Source of the DNA: an uncultured Candidatus Saccharibacteria bacterium
GTDB taxonomy: Bacteria; Patescibacteriota; UBA1384; XYA2-FULL-43-10; 1-14-0-10-43-13
Assembly (NCBI GenBank): GCA_964543385.1
Contig: CAZIYE010000001.1
Location: forward strand, 570,001 to 602,000
Direction: 5' to 3'
DNA length: 32,000 nt
Every line of letters begins with the position of its first letter. The stretch's first letter is position 1. The translations under genes were made by a program, and so were the position numbers. The notes below the pieces were generated by a model. That model saw nothing but the letters and a program-made list of their open reading frames with translations, did no database searches and was not told where the DNA came from. Positions 1-5,780 of this stretch are shown here, piece by piece.

Positions 1-1296
1 GCCACACAAAAGGCAGTTGAATTTATCGGGAGCAACTCTAAAAAAATCTCCAAGAAAGAGGAGATAGCTCAAGTTGCCTCTGTTTCGTCAGGAGACGAAA
101 AGATTGGCAATATGATAGCCGAAGTGATGGACAAGGTAGGTAAAGACGGCGTTGTCACTGTAGAAGAGTCAAATACTATGGGTATGGAAACTGATGTTGT
201 TGAGGGGATGCAATTTGATAATGGTTACATTAGCCAATATATGATCACTGACACTGCTTCTATGAAAGCAACTATGGAGAACCCTTATATTTTGATTACC
301 GATAAAAAGATTTCTTCCATTCAAGAGATTCTACCGATGCTTGAAAAGATGGCTCAAAGTGGCAAGAAAGATATTGTTATTATCGCCGAAGATGTCGATG
401 GTGAAGCCTTGGCAACACTAGTAGTGAACAAACTTAGAGGCGTTCTAAATGTTCTTGCAATCAAAGCTCCTGGTTTTGGTGACAGAAGAAAGGAAATGCT
501 CGCTGACATCGCAGTTTTGACTGGCGGTACCGTTATCTCCGCTGATCTTGGTCATAAATTAGAAGATACTGAGATTAAAATGCTTGGTCAGGCTAGGAAA
601 GTAGAGTCTGATAAAGATCACACAGTTTTAGTCGAGGGTAAGGGTACAGCTGCTGATATAAAAGCTCGAGTATCTCAAATAAAAAAACAGATTGAGAAAT
701 CAACCTCTGATTATGATAAGGATAAGCTAAATGAGAGAATGGCTAAGCTTGCCGGTGGAGTAGGTGTCATCAAAGTTGGTGCAGCTACTGAGACCGAGAT
801 GAAAGAGATCAAATATAAGGTTGAAGACGCTGTCCATGCCACAAAAGCTGCGATTGCAGAAGGTATTGTTGCTGGCGGTGGGGTAGTCCTATTAAATGCT
901 CAAAAAGCAGTTATGAAGCTGATGAAAGAGCTTTCTGCTTCAGGTGTGAATTCTGTAAATAATGATGTTTTTGTCGGTGCTAATATTGTAATGAAGGCGT
1001 TATCCGTACCTACAAAACAAATAGCTGATAATGCTGGTGTGGAAGGTTCTGTAGTCCTTGATAAGGTCGCATCGATGAAAGCTGGCGAAGGCTACAATGC
1101 TTCTACTGGTGAATATGGCGATATGATCAAGATGGGTATTATTGATCCAGCCAAAGTTACTAGAAGTGCGCTTCAAAATGCCGCTTCTATTGCTGCTCTT
1201 GTTTTGACTACAGAAGCTCTGGTTGCTGATAAGCCAGAAGAGAAGAAAGAAATGCCAGCTATGGGTGGAAATCCATATGGAGGCATGGGAATGTAA
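1..1296 (+). CDS. groEL: Chaperonin GroEL (Cpn60), 5' end cut by window edge
   Basis: Frame 1 is open from base 1 ([56 protein letters not shown]...), upstream of the track's internal Met at 112. GroEL hallmarks: [38 protein letters not shown], and a C-terminal Gly-Met tail [10 protein letters not shown]. Confidence 0.95.
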   Translation, partial: ATQKAVEFIGSNSKKISKKEEIAQVASVSSGDEKIGNMIAEVMDKVGKDGVVTVEESNTMGMETDVVEGMQFDNGYISQYMITDTASMKATMENPYILITDKKISSIQEILPMLEKMAQSGKKDIVIIAEDVDGEALATLVVNKLRGVLNVLAIKAPGFGDRRKEMLADIAVLTGGTVISADLGHKLEDTEIKMLGQARKVESDKDHTVLVEGKGTAADIKARVSQIKKQIEKSTSDYDKDKLNERMAKLAGGVGVIKVGAATETEMKEIKYKVEDAVHATKAAIAEGIVAGGGVVLLNAQKAVMKLMKELSASGVNSVNNDVFVGANIVMKALSVPTKQIADNAGVEGSVVLDKVASMKAGEGYNASTGEYGDMIKMGIIDPAKVTRSALQNAASIAALVLTTEALVADKPEEKKEMPAMGGNPYGGMGM

Positions 1297-1330
1297 AAGT
1301 ATATACGAATAAACTAATCTCACAATAAAA

Positions 1331-1356
1331 GAAGACCCTCTCTATTTAGGGTCTTC
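1331..1356. terminator. Bidirectional intrinsic terminator hairpin between convergent groEL and the PRC-barrel gene
   Basis: GAAGACCCT (1331-1339) pairs perfectly with AGGGTCTTC (1348-1356) around an 8-nt loop. It is flanked by AAAA (1327-1330) and TTTT (1357-1360), so a U-tract follows the stem on either strand. Confidence 0.6.
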
Positions 1357-1362
1357 TTTTAT

Positions 1363-1884
1363 TTAATTCGTTGAGATTGCATCTACTGTTGCCATTGAAC
1401 TTATTTTATTAGAGGTAAAATTGTCTTTTATTCTGATAATTTTTCCATTTATGGATATGACTTTGTCTGCGCTTATTATTCTTTCCGCAAAAAGGTGTTT
1501 GATATAAAACTTAACAATTGCAAGATTTCCAGTCTCAATTAGGAAGTCATATACATAACCGATATACGTGCCACTGCTCGTCTCAACTCTCTGATTTATA
1601 CCAAAGACTTTTCTTTTAATCAGCTTTTCTAACTGGATTGATTCGTCTAAATCTACAATTGACTCTATGTCATTTATCATAATCCCGTCCTTGAGAAGAT
1701 GAACAATATCAATATTAAGGACAAATTTATCCTTTTGAAAAGACCAAAAGGGCATATCTACCGCAATGGCCGCAATTGAGATTGAGCTATCGTCAATAAT
1801 GACTTCTGAGATTCGCCCTATTTTGGTTTGATCTCTTAATTCAGCGACCGTCGATCCAATAATAGAAGTATATCGAACTATCAT
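1363..1884 (-). CDS. PRC-barrel-like domain protein (two tandem halves), function unknown
   Basis: 173-aa ORF with an ATG start. Two similar halves (GSTVAELRDQTKIGRISEVIIDD... and GINQRVETSSGTYIGYVYDFLIETG...) resemble YlmC/YmxH-type PRC barrels. The assignment rests on recalled family patterns only. Confidence 0.4.
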   Translation of the reverse strand: MIVRYTSIIGSTVAELRDQTKIGRISEVIIDDSSISIAAIAVDMPFWSFQKDKFVLNIDIVHLLKDGIMINDIESIVDLDESIQLEKLIKRKVFGINQRVETSSGTYIGYVYDFLIETGNLAIVKFYIKHLFAERIISADKVISINGKIIRIKDNFTSNKISSMATVDAISTN

Positions 1885-1903
1885 CTATGCCTTAGTTAAT
1901 TTG

Positions 1904-1937
1904 TTATGGATTGATTTATTCTTTAATCAATCCATAA
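1904..1937 (-). terminator. AT-rich perfect 13-bp inverted repeat downstream of efp (possible terminator or processing hairpin)
   Basis: TTATGGATTGATT (1904-1916) and AATCAATCCATAA (1925-1937) are exact reverse complements around an 8-nt loop. The site lies 11 nt after the efp stop. No clear U-tract follows on the minus strand. Confidence 0.35.
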
Positions 1938-1947
1938 ACATATAAAC

Positions 1948-2505
1948 CTAGGCTCTTTCTACGTAGCTTCCGTCGGAGGTGTTAACAACAATTTTATCGC
2001 CTTCTTTGATAAAAATTGGTGCATCGATAATAGTTCCAGTAGACAGGGTAACTTTTTTAGTAATACTTCCTGCAGAATTGCCTTTAACAGCAGGTGGAGC
2101 AGAGATAATATCAAAGGTCATTTTGATTGGTAGTTCAATATTCAGTGGCTCGTCGCCAAAGTATAATATATCAACATTCGAATTATCAATCAGAAATTGT
2201 TTCTGATCTCCAATTTTCTGCAATGGCAATGTAAATTGCTCATATGTTTCGTTGTCCATAAAGTATGCATCCTGCTCGTCAAAATACAAATACATTACGA
2301 CTTTTTTGCTCAGATCGGCTTCTTCAACCTTGTCAGCCCCCTGAAAGGTTTTATCTATATTGCCGCCAGTTCTTAAATTCTTTAGCTTTGTCTTTACAAC
2401 AGCGCCACCACGCCCCATTTTGGAATGTGAATAAGAGATGACAATATATGGATCACCATCCAGGGTCAATTTAGCGCCAGTTTTTAAATCAGTGATACCT
2501 AACAT
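1948..2505 (-). CDS. efp: Translation elongation factor P
   Basis: 185 aa, MLGITDLKTGAKLTLDGDPYIVISYSHSKMGRGGAVVKTKLKNLRTG... Typical EF-P N-terminal KOW-like domain and length. The tip of the modification loop is Arg32 (codon 2410-2412). Confidence 0.93.
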   Translation of the reverse strand: MLGITDLKTGAKLTLDGDPYIVISYSHSKMGRGGAVVKTKLKNLRTGGNIDKTFQGADKVEEADLSKKVVMYLYFDEQDAYFMDNETYEQFTLPLQKIGDQKQFLIDNSNVDILYFGDEPLNIELPIKMTFDIISAPPAVKGNSAGSITKKVTLSTGTIIDAPIFIKEGDKIVVNTSDGSYVERA

Positions 2506-2529
2506 AAATAAGTTCCTTTCATACTAAAT

Positions 2530-2606
2530 ACAGATTGAACAGATTACAGATTAACAGCATATAAACCTCTTTTGTATCTGTTATTCGAGTGATCTGTATT
2601 CTGTAT
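2530..2606. repeat. Array of ACAGAT / ATCTGT hexamers in the rpsR-efp intergenic region
   Basis: ACAGAT occurs at 2530-2535, 2539-2544 and 2546-2551. The inverted copy ATCTGT occurs at 2576-2581 and 2592-2597, with partial copies ACAGCA at 2554-2559 and CTGTAT at 2601-2606. Confidence 0.5.
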
Positions 2607-2609
2607 GTC

Positions 2610-2816
2610 TTAGCGAACTGTAAAAGGTAGAAGAGCTAAAAATCTTGCTCTCTTGATAGCGCGCTCTACTTGTCTTTGGTGTTTAGCGCAGTTACTGTTA
2701 CGACTTGCTGGTTGAATTTTATTCCAACGATCTAAATAACGTCCTAAAGTTGTGATGTCTTTATAATCAACCTCAGTCATCTTGGCAGCACATATTAAAC
2801 ATTTTTTTCTTGACAT
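2610..2816 (-). CDS. rpsR: 30S ribosomal protein S18
   Basis: 68 aa, with ...DYKDITTLGRYL...KIQPASRNSNCAKHQRQVERAIKRARFLALLP matching bS18. It sits in the conserved rpsF-ssb-rpsR order. Confidence 0.93.
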   Translation of the reverse strand: MSRKKCLICAAKMTEVDYKDITTLGRYLDRWNKIQPASRNSNCAKHQRQVERAIKRARFLALLPFTVR

Positions 2817-2834
2817 AATTTTCCTTAAAAAGTA

Positions 2835-3269
2835 TTAAAATGGTATTTCTTCTATATCTATTTCTTCTTCGTTCTTCGGCGCAGATTGAGCGATATTTTC
2901 CACTGGATTGCTTGCCTTTGGAGTATAGCTTCCTTTGCCTCTGCTTCCTAGAGCGATGATGCTTTCAGCAATAATCTCTGTTTTGTATCTTTTCACACCG
3001 TCTTGACCTTCCCAATTTCGTGTCTGGATTCTACCTTCGACGAAGACAGGATCGCCCTTTTTTATCATTGGGGTCACATTTTCTGCTTGTTTTCCCCAGA
3101 CAACAACGTCATGGTATTCTGTGGCTTCGCCATCAGTACCGTCCTGATTCTTCCATCTTCGATTTGTCGCAACTGCGAAGTTCGCAACTGCTTGACCGTT
3201 CGGAGTGAATCTCATCTCAGGGTCTCTGGTCATATTTCCAAGTATTTGAGCTCTGTTCAAATTAAGCAT
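2835..3269 (-). CDS. ssb: Single-stranded DNA-binding protein
   Basis: 144 aa. OB-fold N-terminus MLNLNRAQILGNMTRDPEMRFTPNGQAVANFAVATNRRW, a disordered linker, and the acidic C-terminal tip EEIDIEEIPF (canonical SSB ...IPF tail). Confidence 0.93.
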   Translation of the reverse strand: MLNLNRAQILGNMTRDPEMRFTPNGQAVANFAVATNRRWKNQDGTDGEATEYHDVVVWGKQAENVTPMIKKGDPVFVEGRIQTRNWEGQDGVKRYKTEIIAESIIALGSRGKGSYTPKASNPVENIAQSAPKNEEEIDIEEIPF

Positions 3270-3300
3270 AACACCTCACTTTATTGAGAGCTGAGAGTTA

Positions 3301-3352
3301 AGTGTTTAGAGATTATTTTTTAAAATACTCTCAACTCTATACTCTAAACACT
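3301..3352. repeat. 11-bp inverted repeat between rpsF and ssb
   Basis: AGTGTTTAGAG (3301-3311) and CTCTAAACACT (3342-3352) are exact reverse complements around a 30-nt AT-rich loop. No U-tract follows on the coding (minus) strand. Confidence 0.45.
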
Positions 3353-3359
3353 GAGCTAA

Positions 3360-4046
3360 TTATAACTCATCTTTCAAGATATCGTCGAGCTCATCGTTCA
3401 ATTTTGAAAGTCTCTCAACTTCATCGTTGACTTTTTCTTTCTTAGCAGCTTTTGGAGCAGAAGCCTTTTTTTCTGGCTTAGCCTCTACTACTTCCTCTGT
3501 TTTCTCTTTCTTAGCAGCTTTTGGAGCAGAAGCCTTTTTTTCTGGCTTAGCCTCTACTACTTCTTCTTCTTCTACCTGAATCTCTTCTTTTGCAGCTTCT
3601 TCAACGACTTCTGCTTTTTCTTCTTGGCGCTTTGCCATTAGGCTTTTGCTATCTTTGGTTTCTCCTATAATAGCTTCAAATGATTTTTCGCCACCGACAA
3701 CTTCTTCGATCTCATTTGCTTGAGCGATCTCCTCAGCAGAAAGGCTTATTTTTTCATTGCTGAGCTCTTTGATAATCATTAACTGGCGAAGAACACCATC
3801 AATGTGTCGAAGGTCTTTCTCAAATTCGATTGCCTTGTTTGCTGGCAAATCAAAATAAAGGGTAACGTAAGTAGCAAAATCCTGTTTTTTAATAGGATAT
3901 GCCAACTTTCTTCGTCCCCAAATGTCTTCCTTGGTAGTCTTCCCGCCAAGTTCTTTAACGAAACCGGAAACTTTTCCGGTCACTTTGTTCAAATCACTCT
4001 CTGGTACCTCATCAGAAACGAGGTACGTAAGCTCGTACTTTCTCAA
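3360..4046 (-). CDS. rpsF: 30S ribosomal protein S6 with a long charged C-terminal extension
   Basis: The N-terminal ~95 aa (MRKYELTYLVSDEV...GRRKLAYPIKKQDFATYVTLYF...) are bS6. The start codon is TTG (4044-4046 complement), preceded by AAAGGAG. The remaining ~130 aa are Glu/Lys/Ala-rich and contain a tandem repeat. Confidence 0.9.
   Translation of the reverse strand: MRKYELTYLVSDEVPESDLNKVTGKVSGFVKELGGKTTKEDIWGRRKLAYPIKKQDFATYVTLYFDLPANKAIEFEKDLRHIDGVLRQLMIIKELSNEKISLSAEEIAQANEIEEVVGGEKSFEAIIGETKDSKSLMAKRQEEKAEVVEEAAKEEIQVEEEEVVEAKPEKKASAPKAAKKEKTEEVVEAKPEKKASAPKAAKKEKVNDEVERLSKLNDELDDILKDEL
3437..3563 (-). repeat. Tandem duplication (69-bp period) inside the rpsF tail
   Basis: A 58-bp block at 3437-3494 is repeated identically at 3506-3563. 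It encodes EEVVEAKPEKKASAPKAAKKEK twice. Confidence 0.85.
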
Positions 4047-4063
4047 TGTGCTCCTTTCATGGC

Positions 4064-4113
4064 GCCGATTCGGTCAGAATTTCTTCTTAGTCCGCTTGAG
4101 ATCGAACATCGGC
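4064..4113 (-). promoter_or_regulatory. Structured, locally GC-rich 5' leader of rpsF (candidate autoregulatory element)
   Basis: On the minus strand GCCGAUGUUCGAUC pairs with GACCGAAUCGGC (about 12 bp, with a 2-nt bulge and one mismatch). This helix encloses an AGAA-GAAA-UUCU GNRA-tetraloop hairpin (plus-strand 4076-4087). It ends about 10 nt before the AAAGGAG SD. Confidence 0.35.
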
Positions 4114-4190
4114 TCTCCCGTCATACAACAGGAGAAAAGTTAATTAATTTGTATGCTGACAATAGCAGAAAATATGTAAAAGCGCAAGTT

Positions 4191-5276
4191 TTATACGTTG
4201 AATCTAAATACTACGACGTCGCCGTCTTTCATTACATAATTTTTGCCTTCAGTGCGGACCAGACCATGTGATTTGGCGCCTAACCAGCCACTCTGTGCAT
4301 AAATATCCTGCCAGGGAACTATTTCCGCAGCAATAAAGCCTTTTTCAAAGTCACCATGTATTGCTCCTGCTGCCTTTGGCGCAGTGTCGCCTTGATGAAT
4401 TGTCCAAGCACGAGTTTCGTCTTCACCAGTCGTCAAATAGGTTTGAAGCCCTAATGTTTTAAAAGCCTCTTTTATTAAGCGATTTAGGCCAGAATCTGTT
4501 ATCCCTAGAGTTTCGAGGTATTCACTCTTTTCTGGGTCTGTAAGATCATTTAATTCTGCTTCAAGCTTGGCAGAAATCGGAATAAATTGATCGGATTTCT
4601 CAGCAGAGATTACCTTTTTCCACGAGTTATCTGCAAGCTGTTCTTCGCTGACATTAGCTATATATATAATAGGTTTTTGTGTCATCAGGCCAAGACCTTT
4701 TAGAACCTCTTTCTCCTGTTCGCTAAGGTCTGCTTCTCGAGCATTTTTACCAGCATAAAGCTGATCCTTTATCTTTTGCAGGCCAGAATGGGCAAATTTA
4801 GACTCTTTGCTGCCTGATTTAAGCTCTTTTTCGATAGAGAAAAGTCTTTTCTCTACAGTCGAAATATCGGCAAGTTGGAGCTCAGTTTCTATTGTTGAGA
4901 TATCATCAAAAGGGTTGATCTTGCCGTCGACATGAGTCACATTGTCGTCGACAAAAAATCTAGTGACCATGCCGACAGCGTCACATTCTCGGATATGGGC
5001 AAGGAATTTATTGCCAAGACCTTCTCCCTTGGAGGCACCACGAACAAGTCCTGCAATATCAACGAATTCGACGACAGCCGGTACAATCTTTTTTGATTTA
5101 GAAATTTCAGCCAATGGTTTCAAGCGCTCATCGGGAACCTCGACAATACCAACATTTGGCTCAATAGTGCAAAAAGGATAATTTGCTGCTTCTGCGTGAG
5201 AGCCCTTTACTAGAGCGTTGAAAAGTGTAGATTTACCTACATTTGGCAGTCCGACGATACCTATCTTTAATGACAT
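4191..5276 (-). CDS. ychF: Ribosome-binding ATPase YchF (Obg-family GTPase/ATPase)
   Basis: 361 aa. P-loop GIVGLPNVGKSTLFNAL, FCTIEPN, DIAGLVRGASKGEGLGNKFL, and the C-terminal TGS-like YVMKDGDVVVFRFNV. Confidence 0.93.
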   Translation of the reverse strand: MSLKIGIVGLPNVGKSTLFNALVKGSHAEAANYPFCTIEPNVGIVEVPDERLKPLAEISKSKKIVPAVVEFVDIAGLVRGASKGEGLGNKFLAHIRECDAVGMVTRFFVDDNVTHVDGKINPFDDISTIETELQLADISTVEKRLFSIEKELKSGSKESKFAHSGLQKIKDQLYAGKNAREADLSEQEKEVLKGLGLMTQKPIIYIANVSEEQLADNSWKKVISAEKSDQFIPISAKLEAELNDLTDPEKSEYLETLGITDSGLNRLIKEAFKTLGLQTYLTTGEDETRAWTIHQGDTAPKAAGAIHGDFEKGFIAAEIVPWQDIYAQSGWLGAKSHGLVRTEGKNYVMKDGDVVVFRFNV

Positions 5277-5328
5277 TTGTTCCTTTTACGTTTACTTTCA
5301 AATAATAATATTTAAAAAACTCCGGCTA

Positions 5329-5357
5329 AATATACCAGATCTAAGCGTATTTGTGAA
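5329..5357 (-). promoter_or_regulatory. Candidate sigma70-type promoter for ychF
   Basis: On the minus strand: TTCACA (complement of 5352-5357), 17 nt, TATATT (complement of 5329-5334). Motif match only, in AT-rich DNA. Confidence 0.3.
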
Positions 5358-5368
5358 CAAGCAAGCAT

Positions 5369-5397
5369 TTGACTAGCAAGAAATTTAGGGGTATAAA
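5369..5397 (+). promoter_or_regulatory. Near-consensus sigma70-type promoter driving the GC-rich small-ORF unit
   Basis: TTGACT (5369-5374), exactly 17 nt, TATAAA (5392-5397). It is divergent from, and back-to-back with, the ychF promoter candidate. Confidence 0.45.
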
Positions 5398-5454
5398 AAT
5401 ACTTAATCAACCCCCAAGGTTGACCATCCAAACCCCATAGGAGGTCACTGTATC

Positions 5455-5619
5455 ATGGCTAGCAAGCCGACAGGTAAAGGTTTCACCTCGTCGCAGATGA
5501 AATCTCGAAGGCTCAAGGAGCAGCGGCAAAAGCGCCGTGAAAGCGAAGCGCTCGAAAAGGCGCGACGTAATCGCGAATCGCAGATGCGGCAACAGGCCCG
5601 CCGGTGGCAACCGGCATAA
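5455..5619 (+). CDS. Small (54 aa) Arg/Gln/Glu-rich basic protein of unknown function; absent from the supplied ORF track
   Basis: AGGAGG (5439-5444) lies 10 nt upstream of ATG 5455. The ORF MASKPTGKGFTSSQMKSRRLKEQRQKRRESEALEKARRNRESQMRQQARRWQPA ends at TAA 5617-5619, and a terminator hairpin follows. Codon usage and GC content are atypical for the window, so a structured RNA is an alternative. Confidence 0.5.
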   Translation: MASKPTGKGFTSSQMKSRRLKEQRQKRRESEALEKARRNRESQMRQQARRWQPA

Positions 5620-5648
5620 CTTAGCGCACTAATGCGCACTCATACTAT

Positions 5649-5690
5649 CGGCTCCCTGCACCTCGTGTACGGGAGCCGAAGTCTTTTCAG
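5649..5690 (+). terminator. Intrinsic terminator after the small ORF
   Basis: CGGCTCCC (5649-5656) pairs with GGGAGCCG (5671-5678) around a 14-nt loop. It is followed by AAGTCTTTTCAG, and a further TTTTT run starts at 5696. Confidence 0.55.
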
Positions 5691-5780
5691 TCAAGTTTTT
5701 ATTACATGAAATTGCTATTTTATTGCAATATATTTCCGTTTTGTTGTTAGCATAATTGCTTTTTAGTATACTTAAAAGCA

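Noticed and set aside
2506-2609. Absence of rplI (L9) after rpsR as evidence that the organism lacks L9
   Set aside because: The usual rpsF-ssb-rpsR-rplI order is broken here, with efp following instead. A 32-kb window cannot show genome-wide absence.
3804-4271. 155-aa plus-strand ORF bridging rpsF, its leader and the ychF 3' end (also 3922-4143)
   Set aside because: It overlaps two confident minus-strand genes and the structured leader. It has no SD and no recognisable domain.
5407-5639. Two minus-strand ORFs from the track (67 aa at 5407-5610 and 64 aa at 5445-5639) in the GC-rich island
   Set aside because: GC-rich DNA is poor in stop codons, so long antisense frames are expected. Neither has an SD or a promoter in the right orientation. 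The plus strand has promoter, AGGAGG, ATG, ORF and terminator in register.
5400-5690. Known structured RNA (tRNA, tmRNA, RNase P RNA, SRP RNA, 6S) as the explanation for the GC-rich island
   Set aside because: On both strands I looked for a T-arm GGUUCGAAUCC-type motif with a CCA end, the RNase P GAGGAAAGUCC box, the SRP GGAA/AGCAG helix-8 signature, and long-range 5'/3' complementarity. I found none. This is by eye only, and a covariance-model search is needed to exclude them, so the RNA alternative is kept open in the finding.
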